IMG/VR virus record: IMGVR_UViG_3300025645_000072
Span: 1-62,909 of that record
DNA length: 62,909 bases
Source: a virus
Lineage: Duplodnaviria; Caudoviricetes
Direction: 5' to 3' (one strand)
The notes under the pieces were generated by a model that did not search any database, was not told the origin of the DNA, and saw only the letters and a program-made list of their open reading frames with translations. This document shows positions 20,726-31,469 of this stretch, one piece after another. Made by a program: the position numbers and the translations under genes. The number at the start of each line of letters is the position of its first letter. The first letter of the stretch is position 1.

Positions 20726-21136
20726 ATGGGATTTATAATAAAAAAATTAAGCTCAACTGATTACGATAAAATTTTAGTAAATTGGTGGGGAGATTGGAGA
20801 TGGAAAGCTCCACCTAAAGATTTTTTACCAGAAAATGGAATGGGTGGGTATATGGTTTATGATGGAGAGATTCCTGTTTGTGCGGGTTTTGTTTATGTAA
20901 CCAACTCAAAAGTAGGGTGGTGTGACTGGATTATCTCTAACTTTAATTATAAAGATAAGGTAAAAAGAAAAGAAGGTCTTAAAAAGCTTATAAGTTCTTT
21001 AACGGTGGTGTTAAAGAAAAGTAAATGTAAGTATGCTTACGCATTAATTAAGTCGGACAGTCTTATAAAAGTATATAAAGAAGAAGGTTACTTAGAGGCT
21101 GGTCAATATAACAAAGAAATGATTAAAATATTATAA
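20726..21136 (+). CDS. GNAT-fold-like protein preceding internal virion proteins
   Basis: GYMVYDGEIPVCAGFVY strands and LIKVYKEEGY motif; positional analogue of T7 gp13. Confidence 0.5.
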   Translation: MGFIIKKLSSTDYDKILVNWWGDWRWKAPPKDFLPENGMGGYMVYDGEIPVCAGFVYVTNSKVGWCDWIISNFNYKDKVKRKEGLKKLISSLTVVLKKSKCKYAYALIKSDSLIKVYKEEGYLEAGQYNKEMIKIL

Positions 21137-21137
21137 T

Positions 21138-22034
21138 ATGGCAGCAGTAACATCAGCGATTTTAGCGGTAGGGTCAATGGCTTACAAAGGTTTTTCAGCT
21201 ATTGATGCTGCAAAAAGTCAAAGTAGAGAAGCGGGTAGACTAGAGGAAGAAGCTTTGGAATTAGAAAGACAAGCTCTTGCGGATTTAGAACAAAACAGAT
21301 TAGAGGCTGTTCAAGTACCTATGCAGATATTTGACACCGCTAACGAATTACAAACATTAGACGGTTCAACAATACTAGAAGCTGCTGCTGAGGGAGACCA
21401 GAGAGGAGTAGCTGCTACAGCAGGTAAAATAAAAGCCACGCAAGATGCAGCTAGAACAGAGGCAAGAGATACTATGGCTAAAATTCAAATGGATTTAGAT
21501 TTACAAACTGCCAAAGAAGGTAACAGAAAAGGTGAGTTAGTTTCGGGAATGAAAGATGAAAGAGCTATAGAAAAATCACTTGAAGCAGATGCAATGCAGG
21601 CAAATGCAGATGCTTTATCAGCATCAGGAACACAAGATTTAGTCAGCGCTGGAGTAAGTGCTTTTAGTGCTTTAGCTCCTGCTTTCAAATCAAAAGAAGG
21701 AGGCGTTGCTAAACAGCTAATGAAAGATGATCCTACTTTAACTGAAACAGACGCTTTGTCTCAAGCTAAGATAATGATTAAGGATGGAACAGCTCCAAAA
21801 ACTGGGGTTGGAAAAGTTTTGAGTTCTTTAGGAGATGTAGGTAAAAATATAGCAAGTGGACTATCTTCTTTTACAGGTATTGGTGATGGTAAAGACTTTG
21901 ATGAGTCTGGAGCTGGTAAATTAACAAGTGATATATTTTCTGCTGAAAATATGGCAGAGTTAGAAAAACAAGCTAAGGCAGCTGGAGTATCTATTTCAGA
22001 ATTTATAAGTAATTTGTTTAAAAAGAAAAACTAA
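21138..22034 (+). CDS. Putative internal virion/ejection protein
   Basis: Ala/Gly-rich hydrophobic N-terminus and coiled coil; position after the GNAT-like gene. Confidence 0.55.
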   Translation: MAAVTSAILAVGSMAYKGFSAIDAAKSQSREAGRLEEEALELERQALADLEQNRLEAVQVPMQIFDTANELQTLDGSTILEAAAEGDQRGVAATAGKIKATQDAARTEARDTMAKIQMDLDLQTAKEGNRKGELVSGMKDERAIEKSLEADAMQANADALSASGTQDLVSAGVSAFSALAPAFKSKEGGVAKQLMKDDPTLTETDALSQAKIMIKDGTAPKTGVGKVLSSLGDVGKNIASGLSSFTGIGDGKDFDESGAGKLTSDIFSAENMAELEKQAKAAGVSISEFISNLFKKKN

Positions 22035-22038
22035 TTAT

Positions 22039-24279
22039 ATGGCGGATAGATTAGATATTGCAAAATTAAAACTAGAGAAAGGTTTATTAAGCAATAAAGG
22101 AGTGCCGAGTCAAGATTTAGCTACAGGTCTTCAAGGGCTTTTTAGTGGTATTGATGCTGATGTACAAGCTAAAAGAGAAACTCGTCAAAAATTTAAAGAA
22201 GAAAGTGCCTCAGACATAAGAGACCTTAGAGCTTTAAGAGCAGAGGCAGAAGCAGCTGGAGCTACAAAAGATAAAAGTTCTTCAGGAAAAAGTATTAAGT
22301 TAGGTGATATACCAACTAGTACTACATTAGCCAACTGGACTCTTAGTCAATTAGATGGATTTATACAAGACTCTTATGACAAGCAAGAAATAGTAACCTC
22401 TGGCTTAGGAGGGCAGTTTGCTGTAAGAGATTACAATATATTTAAAAACAATCAAAAACAAACTTGGCAAGCTGTAAAAGGAAGAGCTGATGCTGCTGGA
22501 AAAGAATTAGAAGAAACAATAAGAAGAGCAGAAGGTTATACTAATGAAAAAGGAGTTTTTATTCCTCCAGTTGCGGGAGCAGGCGAAGCTGCTTTTCAAA
22601 GATACCAAAGTATTATAGGTGACTTAAACAATACTAGAGTAAGATCTGGTGAAGATGGTATGGGTGTTGTTGAGGTTTATGAAACAGTGTTTGATAAAGA
22701 GACTGGTGTTCAAAAAAGAGTGCTAGATGCAGATGGTAATCCAGTGATAAATAAAAATATCAGTGGAACAAGTGTAATGGCTTTATTAAATAAAGAAAAT
22801 TCAAGATGGCAAAAAACAGATGTAATTAGTTCTGTAGAAAAAGCTTTTGGTAAGGACGTTATAGCTTCTTATCAAGTTTCAACAAATCATCCAGGATATA
22901 TAAAGGGAAGTAGTAAGGAGGATAATATTAGACGTAATCCTAGTTTTACTAGATACCAAGATACTTTTATAAAAAAAACATTACCTAATAACAGAGCGGT
23001 TTCAAGCGCATTGACCGATAATTATGGTGGTGAATTCTATCAATTAGACCCTAGTCAAACTGCAAGCGGAATAGTTGACGGGACAAAAATTGATATGAAT
23101 GAAACTGTATCAGTTAGTGTTCTAACTGGATATGACTCTAATGGAAAACCAATATATGAAAATATTGAAGCTCCTAAATATATAGGATCAAAAGTAGAGG
23201 GTGATGGTATTGTTGTTCAAACAACAGACAAGCACAAGGCAGCAGCATCAGGAATTGTAAGAGCCACTATTGACGGGCAGCTAGGTATTAAAGTTGTTGA
23301 TGGTGTAGCTATAAAACAGTTTGATCCTTATAGAGATAGTAAGGTAAAATCTCGAGATAGAAAAAATAAAGGTGTAGATCTGTTTAAACAAATAACTAGA
23401 AGTTATGATGGTAAATCTGATGATGTTAAAAATGCAATAGAAAACCTTATGATTAGTAGTAAGTTTAAATTTAATGAAACTGAAGCTATAAAAGACGGTG
23501 ACACTGTGGTTTCTCAAACATATAATGTAGATAAAGGAGATGGAAAATTTGCAGAATTTAAAATTACTTTACAAACTGAAAACCCTAAATGGGAAGAAGA
23601 TAAACAAGAAGGACTGAAAGAAGGTGATGCAGGTTATGTACCTAAGTATCTTCCTATATCTAAAGCAGAGTACGAAGATAAGATGTACGAATTGTTTAAA
23701 GGACGTGACGACAATAGTTCTGTTTCAGAGGCTAGAAAAAACTATAGTTCAATTAAAGCTAATAATTATTCACCAACAGGTACTTTTAATGCTGCAGGAG
23801 ACAGAAATATGGCTTTTGAGACTACAGAGAATGTAGAGGTTGCAGAGATTCCTGAAGTTACTGCAAATAGTGCAATAGGTGAAGGTAAAGATGCAGTATC
23901 TGCTGTTGAGTTTGTAATGAATTCTGAAGGATTTAGTGATCTTGAAGCAAATTGGGATTGGAATGGTGCTAATACTAGGGAAATAGATCAAATGGGAGAT
24001 TCTCTTAAAAGTGCATTTGCAGAGCTTGCAAAAGGTCAAGGTGCTAATCAAGGAGGAGATATTTCTTTTGTAACAAACGGTACAAAAATAGATGTAATGA
24101 ATGGAGACACTGTTGTTGATTCAATAGAGTTTGATTTAAACGAAAAGAGTACATTAAAACAAGCTATTACTACAGCCTTAGACGCTGCAACAAAAGCAGG
24201 TTTACCTGGAAGAGCAGCAGGAACTAGAAAGAAAAGATCTGTAGGAGGAAATGAAGTAAAACCAGGGAAATTTGACTAA
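22039..24279 (+). CDS. Putative internal virion/cargo protein
   Basis: 746 aa, between the small ejection protein and the giant protein. Confidence 0.5.
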   Translation: MADRLDIAKLKLEKGLLSNKGVPSQDLATGLQGLFSGIDADVQAKRETRQKFKEESASDIRDLRALRAEAEAAGATKDKSSSGKSIKLGDIPTSTTLANWTLSQLDGFIQDSYDKQEIVTSGLGGQFAVRDYNIFKNNQKQTWQAVKGRADAAGKELEETIRRAEGYTNEKGVFIPPVAGAGEAAFQRYQSIIGDLNNTRVRSGEDGMGVVEVYETVFDKETGVQKRVLDADGNPVINKNISGTSVMALLNKENSRWQKTDVISSVEKAFGKDVIASYQVSTNHPGYIKGSSKEDNIRRNPSFTRYQDTFIKKTLPNNRAVSSALTDNYGGEFYQLDPSQTASGIVDGTKIDMNETVSVSVLTGYDSNGKPIYENIEAPKYIGSKVEGDGIVVQTTDKHKAAASGIVRATIDGQLGIKVVDGVAIKQFDPYRDSKVKSRDRKNKGVDLFKQITRSYDGKSDDVKNAIENLMISSKFKFNETEAIKDGDTVVSQTYNVDKGDGKFAEFKITLQTENPKWEEDKQEGLKEGDAGYVPKYLPISKAEYEDKMYELFKGRDDNSSVSEARKNYSSIKANNYSPTGTFNAAGDRNMAFETTENVEVAEIPEVTANSAIGEGKDAVSAVEFVMNSEGFSDLEANWDWNGANTREIDQMGDSLKSAFAELAKGQGANQGGDISFVTNGTKIDVMNGDTVVDSIEFDLNEKSTLKQAITTALDAATKAGLPGRAAGTRKKRSVGGNEVKPGKFD

Positions 24280-27200
24280 TGGAAAAAATATATCAACTTT
24301 TATTTGAGGCTGGAGATTATACTAAGTCTTTTGAAGAATTTGTAGAGCAATATGGTAGTGTTGAAAAATCTAAACCACTATATAAAGGACTTAATGATGT
24401 TGGTGATTATACCAAGTCTTTTGAAGAATTTACATCTCAATATGGTTTTAGTGATGAGGTAAAAAAAAAAGACCAGCCTGTCGTTTCTACTGGGGAAGAG
24501 GCAAGTATGGTTGGCACTACACCAATTCAAGAAACACCAGATACCTTATTGGAATCTGGAGGTCTGTTAAATAATAACACAGAATTAAATTCTATTATGG
24601 TTGGAGAAATTCCTTTCTCACAACTATCTGCTCAAGAACAACAAACTTTTTACGAAGAGATTGAAAGACTGGAGAAAGCTGAAAAGCTAAACAAAGCTGC
24701 AGCCGATAATCCTTATGGTATAAGAGTGGATGAAAGGTTTAAACCTTTAGAAATTGAAGGTCTAAATATAGAAAAAGATCCCATTGTTATTGCTGCTCAA
24801 GAGTTGTATAGTAAAAAAAACAAGCCTACAGATTTTTCTAAACTTGTTGAAGGTGTTGAAGATACAGAAAAAATAGCATCAGCTAATAGAGTTGACTTAT
24901 TAAAAAAATTCCAAAAATCTAAAAACAATACTAACTTATCTTTTACTGAAGACGGTAAAATAGTTGGTAATAGAACAATACCAAAGGGTGTTATTGGAAC
25001 TACTCCAAAAGTTAAAGACGAGAATTTAAATTGGTTTCAAAAACTCATAATGTCTCCAGAGGAGTATAATGAAATAGAAGAAGCTAAAACTGTAAATCCA
25101 GAACTGTTATCTAAAATGGATATTGATGTTTCTGATTATCAAGCTTGGGAATCAGAAAACACAAAGGAAGATGGTTTTGTATACCAACAAGTACAAGATT
25201 TAATAAACTCAGATTCTGACAATGACTACCTAAACGATAAAAGAAATTTTAAAAAATTATCTGCATACGTTAATAGTATGGGTGATGAAATAGAGAATGA
25301 CTTATCTGTTATTGAGAATAAATTATTGTTTGAAACTAACCAGGAAACAAGAAGACAGCTACTAAATACTCAGTCTAAATTAAAAGCTCAACAAATTAAA
25401 AACATATCAAGACAGTATAATATTATAAGTTTATTTCCTGCTCTTGAAGGATCTGAAGATGCTAAGAAAAATAGAAGAGAGCAATATATAATAGACCAGA
25501 GAAACGGAGATGTTTCTGGAGGGTTTGGAGATGCAGTTTTATTACCTGCAGCAGACTCTGCAATAAAATTTATTGGTGGTATTTTTGCAGCTATACCATC
25601 TTGGGTAGAACAAGGAGGTAATTTAGCTGGTTTTGAAATGGAAGGTTTAAGAGCTTTGAATGAAAGTTTAGACTCTATGCTTTCTAATGAAGTAGGAACT
25701 GTTGATGGTGCGTTAGATACCTCTACTATTGAAAGAAGAACTGTAGAAAAATTAAAGCCCGTTACTATTAATTGGAAAGGAAAACCTTTGCAAGTAGGTG
25801 TTACTCCAGAAGGAGATATTGTAGATATAAATACAATGGTTTCAATGGGTGGTATCTTAACTAATGACGAGGTTAAAGAAGTAAATGAATTAGCAAAAAA
25901 AGTTCCTAACTACGAGTATGAGTGGTCAGCAGGATCAATTACTCAAGGTACAGTAGGTACTTTAGTTAATTTAGTAGGGCTAATAAAAGGTGGAAAATGG
26001 GCGACAAAAGCTATTCAAAAAGGACTTAAAAAAACTGGTTTAAAAACCACTGTTCCTGGAGGTATAGGTATGGGTTCTGTTTCATATATGTCTACTGTTG
26101 CTGGAGAAGTTAATGATATTAAAAGCCAGCTTATGGAAGCTGGAGTTCCTGAAGAAGAGGCTATGTCTAGAGCCATAATGTATGGTAATGGTAGAGCTAG
26201 CTTAGATGGAATATTTTCAGGACTAGCAGGTGGAAACACAAAACTACTTGAAGCTACAAAGAGCTTTCCAAAAATACTAAAAGACTTAGCTTTAAAACCT
26301 AAAACAGTTGTTAGCAGTAAAGTGTTTCAGGATAAAGTAAAAGACCTGGTTAAAGAAAACGGTAAAGAACTTTTTATAGAAGAGTTGCCAGTGCTTTTTA
26401 CAGGTAATATATTAAATGGATTAGCTAATGATTCTGTAGGTAAACAAATTTTAAATGAATCTACATCAAACAGAGATATTGTTGAGACAGCTATACTAAC
26501 TGTTCTTGCTACAACTGGTGTAGGATCTAAAAGACTTTTATCTAACAACAAAAGAAAGGACTTAATAAGAGCTGCATCATTAAGTAGTAATATAGAAAAA
26601 GATATTGCGAACTTGGTTAACTCTGGTCAAATGTCTGTAGCTGATGCTAAGTCAGTTTACCAGGAAATATACAGTATGCAAACTGCTCTAAACCAAACAC
26701 AAGGTTCGGTTGTTATGAGTGGTAATCAAGAAGAAGCTGCTGCTCTTTTAAATCAAAGAAGAAAGTTGATGGATCAACGAAGTAATTTAGAAGGTCCATT
26801 AAAAGAAGATATAGATAAAAAGATTGAAGATGTTGACAAACAAATAGAAATTTTAAAAGCAGAAGATACTGCTCAAGCTATAGAAGCTTCTGGAGGAGAA
26901 ACAACTACAGATGTTAACGTAACTAAAGATGATGCTTTAGCTTCTTTAAAAGCAGAGAATGAGGTAAGGTTAAAAGCAAACCTACCTGCTATTATAGAGT
27001 CTGAAGAGAATATTTTAAAAGAACAAGATAAACTAATAAAAGAAAAACAAGATGCCATTCAAGAGTCAAAAACAGAGGAGCAAGTGCTATCAGATGATGG
27101 CGGAAGCAAAGAAACAGGGGAAACCGATAAAGTGGAATTGCAAGGAGTGGGAAAAGGAGACACACGTCAAACTACCGTCACTGATGAGAAAACGCTAACT

Positions 27201-30200
27201 CCAGAACAACAAGTAAAATCTGATGAGTTAAATAAAAAAAGAGACGAAAAGATAGATCAAGAGTCTCGTAGGTTTGTAGTTCCTGGAACTAAGATTCAGG
27301 TTCAAATGAACGCTGATGGTACTGCTAATCCAGTGGCTTTAAAAGAAAATACAGATAAGCCAGTAAATAAATCTAGTCAGGCTAAGGCTAATAAAATGAT
27401 ATTAGAAAATGTTATTGATGTTAATGCTGGAGATAAGTTAGACCTAGAAGGTGATACCAATTTAACTGAAGAGCAATATTCTGAAGCTGTTGCTGATAAA
27501 TCTAACAATGTAAAGGAGGTTGCTGAAACACTTGACGCTGAAAGAAAAAAGAGAAAGTCTAAAACAAAAGAAGAGAAGGAAAGATTAGTAGACCCTTTAG
27601 ATATAAAAGGAAAGATAGGAAAAATTACTGAAGCAGATTATGTTAAGTATGGTGACAGAAATAACATTACTTCAGCAATGAAAAGGTTTTGGTTTAAAAA
27701 CAAAAATAAATTTGGACAAAACCCATCGTCTGATTTAGATACAAGAGTTCAAGAGTTAGATGGGTATACTACTGAAAACGAAAGTCAATACATACAGGAT
27801 GTTATAGATTTTATAACTGCTAACCCTACTGGTAAATTAGACATTGAATCAGGTGTTTCTCAGGTTGAAAAAGATTTAGAGGCTAAGTTTGAACAGTTAA
27901 CAGGTTTAAAACCAACACCAGTAAATATTAGAACTGTAAATAATATTGACCCCAACAGAGAGCCTATTAGTGAGACTCAAAAGAAAAGTAAAGATGTATT
28001 ACAGAAAGAAGCTTCTGAACCTGGTGTCTTTGGAAAGAAGAAAGGTCCTTCTCTAGATAAAATATTAGGTAAAAAGAAAACGTCTTCAGATAAAACAAAA
28101 CAAGAGGGCGAGAATGTAAACAGAAAAAAGTTTTGGAGAAGCTGGAACAAAGCATACAGAGAGTCTAAAAAAGATCAGACCACTAGAAGAAAACAACTTT
28201 CAGATGCTATCCAGGATTTACTAGAATCAAAAATTATATCAACAAAAAAAGCAAAGTCTTTAATTAAAAAGATTTCTGGTGTAAATCTCAATAATCCACG
28301 ATTAGTAAATCAAGTACTTGAATATATAACCAAGGTAAACATTGATGCTGTTAATGCTCAGAAGTTTGACGATGCTAAGAATTTTAATAAAAAAATAAAA
28401 AGGCTTTTAAAAAGCGATTCATTAGATGCAGAGGTTGCTATAGCTGCAAAGCAATTTAATAAGATAGATCCTAACTTAGTTGAGGACTTAGATTTATATT
28501 TAGAAAATGCACAGAAAGTTGTTAATGGTTTGACTAAAACCAAGACAGATAAAGAAGGTAATTTAATTTTTGCTGGAACTATAGACATAAAAGGATTAGA
28601 CAATTATACCTCTAAAGTATTAAAGAACGAGGTTGATCTTATAAGAAAGGCAGAAGCACAGGCGTTTAGTGATTTAACAGGGCTTGACTCTAGTGAGTTT
28701 ACTATTGATGAGATGAGATCTATTTTAGAAAAATCAGACTCAGAAAAGTTAACCGAAGCTAATGAGCAAATGGCTAATGATAAAGACGATGTAATAACTA
28801 AAGGTGTTAAAAGAGCATTTGAAGCATATAAGGGAGCTATTAATGATATAATAAAAAATAGAATTGATCCTATTAGTGGTGAACCTTTAGTTATAAGTAA
28901 GGCTGATCAAAAAGTTATAAAAGACTTTATGGAAGTTGATATTGACCTAATGACTACAGCTAAAGAAAAGCTAGAAGCTTTAGATGCTATGGTTAATTTT
29001 ATTGTCAATCAAGGGACTGGTGGTGTAGTAGCTACAACTAAACGTAATGAAGGGATGAAGAACGTTATTGAAGCTAATAAGAAATTAAAGCCAGCCAGAA
29101 AATTAAAACTTTTTGGTTCTGAAAAAGTTGCTGATTTTTGGTATAAAAAACTAGGTGCAACTCCTAGAATAATTGAAAATTTATTTAAAGGAACATCTAC
29201 AGCTAGAATTTTTAATAAGCTATCTGGTTTTGATGGATTTAGAAATGGAGTAGCAAAAGCTGAAAAACTATCTAACGATATTGCAGAAGCTTATGTAGAC
29301 AAGTTTATAAAGCCAACTAGTAGAAAGAATGCAATAAAAGGTACTACAAAAACACAGCCCAACGGTACAGATTTCAATACAGCAGCTAATGACACTGAAA
29401 GAGGTGTATTTGCTTTTATGAGAAGAACTGTAGATGGAACTAAAGAGGAGCAGAAAAATGAATTTAAAAGACGTAAAGATTTAATTGAAGAAACTATTAC
29501 AACTTTGAATGATTCAGGAGAAACAAAAAAATCTCAACTTATTAAAGAATCTTTTGATAAAATACTTTCAGGGTCTAATAGTATACAAGACATTGAAGAT
29601 AAAGTTGATCCTATAAATAAAGAGGCTGTTGAATGGATGACTGCTGAGTGGTCAAAAGTTAGACCTGAATTAGAAAACGTATCGTTAAATGTATATAACA
29701 AAGTTTTAGGTAAAGACATAAACTATACTCCAGACTCATTTAGTTCATTAAAGGACCAAGTAAGTAGTGTTGATCAAGAGATTGGTAGCCCACAATTCCA
29801 AGGTACTTCTCAGAAAATTTACGATAAAGAATCAGGTGTTTTAATGGATATTGTCAGACCTAAAAAATTACCAGCGGGAAGGGTTGTAAACCTTGGTTTC
29901 GACTCTTCAAATATAAGTAATTTAAAAGATGCTTTAACTGATCTTGAAACAGCAGAAAGTATACAAATAATGAAAGGTTTTTTAGGTACTTCAAAAAATA
30001 TGAATCCTGCTTTTAAAAGTTTAATTCCTGATGTAGATAATAGGAATCTTATTTTCAGTAAGTTTCAGAATTATGTAAATTCTAAAAGAGGGGCAAGCCA
30101 AAAAATTCAAGATAAAGAGACTGTAAAGTTGCTTAATCAGATAGCTGGAATTGGTGTTTCTAGAGTTTTAGGTGGACCAACACAGTTTTTAAAGCAGTTA

Positions 30201-31469
30201 ACTCCATTAGTAAACACAGCTACAAATTTAATGTTTGATCTTGGATCTGTAGGTAAGGGTATTCAGTTAATAACATCTAATCCTGATGCTCAAAAATGGC
30301 TAGCAAACTCTGGATATGAAATTGCTAATCGTGGGTTGCAGTCTATAACGAACTTAGAAGGTACTAATACAAAACTAGATAAGTCTGCTGAAGGAAGAAG
30401 AGAGAAACTTGGAAGAGCAGTAATAGAAGCTAATAAATTTTATTTAGAAAAGTTTTTAGTTAATCCAGATAGGTTTGCGGCTCAAGCTTCCTGGATAGCA
30501 TACTATATGAATGACTTAAAAAAACAAGGTATAGATCCTTCTAATATAGACTGGTCGAATCATAAGGTAAATAAACAAGCTGGTGCTTTTGCAGAGCAAC
30601 AAGTTGGAAGACAACAAAATGTTTCTGACACAGACTTGCAGGGTGATTTATTTAACAGTAAAAATGCTACATCACAGGTTGCTCGTAAAATATTTTTTCC
30701 ATTCGCCAACTTTTTATTAAATCAAAAAACAAGAATGTATACTGATTTTAATATAGCACTTAGTAAAACAGCTACAAAAGATGATAAAAGAAATGCGTAT
30801 CGTTCTTTAGCTGGTCTTGGAGTAGAGACGGCTGTGTTTAATTTATTAGGGTTGGCTGTTACTCAAGGATTGGCTGCTGTATCACAAGGATTAACAGGTG
30901 ATGATGACGAGGAGGATAAAGAAAAAGCATTTGAAAATAGAAAAAAAGGTAGAGCTGGTAATGTAGTTAAAGATATTTTATCACCTATACCCCCATTAGA
31001 TGACTTAACTTTAATGATGGTTAATAAGGTTATAAAAACTGCAAGTGACGGAGATGATCCTTTTCAATTTTTTGCAAAAGATAAAAAAACATTTATAGAG
31101 CAGGCAGGTGTTTTAGGTATACCATTTGGAACTGCTGGTGAGTTATTTGAGATGATAGGTATGGGATCTACTGGAACTTATACGGATAATTATGGTAAAG
31201 AAAGAGAAATTGATCCATCATTAAAAGGGGCAATGAATCTTAATGGTTTAGCCTACCTTCTATATAGTCTAGGTATTCTTCCTTCTGAAGCAGGTTCTAT
31301 TATTAAGTATAATGTAAAGTCCTATAAGAAAAGTGGAAAGAAAAGTAAAGGTGGTTCAGGAATTCCTATAAAAAGAAAGACAAAGCCGAAAAAGAAAACT
31401 AAGAAGAGAAGATCTAGTGGTGGACCATTATTAGGTGGTAAGAAAAAATCAGGAGGGAGTTTATTTTGA
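24279..31469 (+). CDS. Giant internal virion/cargo (DNA delivery) protein
   Basis: 2396 aa, helical, with hydrophobic Gly-rich segments, an N-terminal GDYTKSFEEF..QYG duplication and a very basic C-terminal tail. Confidence 0.6.
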   Translation: MEKIYQLLFEAGDYTKSFEEFVEQYGSVEKSKPLYKGLNDVGDYTKSFEEFTSQYGFSDEVKKKDQPVVSTGEEASMVGTTPIQETPDTLLESGGLLNNNTELNSIMVGEIPFSQLSAQEQQTFYEEIERLEKAEKLNKAAADNPYGIRVDERFKPLEIEGLNIEKDPIVIAAQELYSKKNKPTDFSKLVEGVEDTEKIASANRVDLLKKFQKSKNNTNLSFTEDGKIVGNRTIPKGVIGTTPKVKDENLNWFQKLIMSPEEYNEIEEAKTVNPELLSKMDIDVSDYQAWESENTKEDGFVYQQVQDLINSDSDNDYLNDKRNFKKLSAYVNSMGDEIENDLSVIENKLLFETNQETRRQLLNTQSKLKAQQIKNISRQYNIISLFPALEGSEDAKKNRREQYIIDQRNGDVSGGFGDAVLLPAADSAIKFIGGIFAAIPSWVEQGGNLAGFEMEGLRALNESLDSMLSNEVGTVDGALDTSTIERRTVEKLKPVTINWKGKPLQVGVTPEGDIVDINTMVSMGGILTNDEVKEVNELAKKVPNYEYEWSAGSITQGTVGTLVNLVGLIKGGKWATKAIQKGLKKTGLKTTVPGGIGMGSVSYMSTVAGEVNDIKSQLMEAGVPEEEAMSRAIMYGNGRASLDGIFSGLAGGNTKLLEATKSFPKILKDLALKPKTVVSSKVFQDKVKDLVKENGKELFIEELPVLFTGNILNGLANDSVGKQILNESTSNRDIVETAILTVLATTGVGSKRLLSNNKRKDLIRAASLSSNIEKDIANLVNSGQMSVADAKSVYQEIYSMQTALNQTQGSVVMSGNQEEAAALLNQRRKLMDQRSNLEGPLKEDIDKKIEDVDKQIEILKAEDTAQAIEASGGETTTDVNVTKDDALASLKAENEVRLKANLPAIIESEENILKEQDKLIKEKQDAIQESKTEEQVLSDDGGSKETGETDKVELQGVGKGDTRQTTVTDEKTLTPEQQVKSDELNKKRDEKIDQESRRFVVPGTKIQVQMNADGTANPVALKENTDKPVNKSSQAKANKMILENVIDVNAGDKLDLEGDTNLTEEQYSEAVADKSNNVKEVAETLDAERKKRKSKTKEEKERLVDPLDIKGKIGKITEADYVKYGDRNNITSAMKRFWFKNKNKFGQNPSSDLDTRVQELDGYTTENESQYIQDVIDFITANPTGKLDIESGVSQVEKDLEAKFEQLTGLKPTPVNIRTVNNIDPNREPISETQKKSKDVLQKEASEPGVFGKKKGPSLDKILGKKKTSSDKTKQEGENVNRKKFWRSWNKAYRESKKDQTTRRKQLSDAIQDLLESKIISTKKAKSLIKKISGVNLNNPRLVNQVLEYITKVNIDAVNAQKFDDAKNFNKKIKRLLKSDSLDAEVAIAAKQFNKIDPNLVEDLDLYLENAQKVVNGLTKTKTDKEGNLIFAGTIDIKGLDNYTSKVLKNEVDLIRKAEAQAFSDLTGLDSSEFTIDEMRSILEKSDSEKLTEANEQMANDKDDVITKGVKRAFEAYKGAINDIIKNRIDPISGEPLVISKADQKVIKDFMEVDIDLMTTAKEKLEALDAMVNFIVNQGTGGVVATTKRNEGMKNVIEANKKLKPARKLKLFGSEKVADFWYKKLGATPRIIENLFKGTSTARIFNKLSGFDGFRNGVAKAEKLSNDIAEAYVDKFIKPTSRKNAIKGTTKTQPNGTDFNTAANDTERGVFAFMRRTVDGTKEEQKNEFKRRKDLIEETITTLNDSGETKKSQLIKESFDKILSGSNSIQDIEDKVDPINKEAVEWMTAEWSKVRPELENVSLNVYNKVLGKDINYTPDSFSSLKDQVSSVDQEIGSPQFQGTSQKIYDKESGVLMDIVRPKKLPAGRVVNLGFDSSNISNLKDALTDLETAESIQIMKGFLGTSKNMNPAFKSLIPDVDNRNLIFSKFQNYVNSKRGASQKIQDKETVKLLNQIAGIGVSRVLGGPTQFLKQLTPLVNTATNLMFDLGSVGKGIQLITSNPDAQKWLANSGYEIANRGLQSITNLEGTNTKLDKSAEGRREKLGRAVIEANKFYLEKFLVNPDRFAAQASWIAYYMNDLKKQGIDPSNIDWSNHKVNKQAGAFAEQQVGRQQNVSDTDLQGDLFNSKNATSQVARKIFFPFANFLLNQKTRMYTDFNIALSKTATKDDKRNAYRSLAGLGVETAVFNLLGLAVTQGLAAVSQGLTGDDDEEDKEKAFENRKKGRAGNVVKDILSPIPPLDDLTLMMVNKVIKTASDGDDPFQFFAKDKKTFIEQAGVLGIPFGTAGELFEMIGMGSTGTYTDNYGKEREIDPSLKGAMNLNGLAYLLYSLGILPSEAGSIIKYNVKSYKKSGKKSKGGSGIPIKRKTKPKKKTKKRRSSGGPLLGGKKKSGGSLF
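27052..27198 (+). CDS. Nested +1-frame small basic protein MPFKSQKQRSKCYQMMAEAKKQGKPIKWNCKEWEKETHVKLPSLMRKR
   Basis: 48-aa ORF inside the giant gene; A-rich leader AACTAATAAAAGAAAAACAAG; resembles small phage MPFKS..QR...W..ET..KLP proteins. Confidence 0.6.
   Translation: MPFKSQKQRSKCYQMMAEAKKQGKPIKWNCKEWEKETHVKLPSLMRKR

Noticed and set aside
22039-31469. Virion RNA polymerase, as in crAss-like or N4-like phages
   Set aside because: I could not find a DxDGD/DFDID-type or single-subunit polymerase motif in either large protein. An HMM search is still needed.
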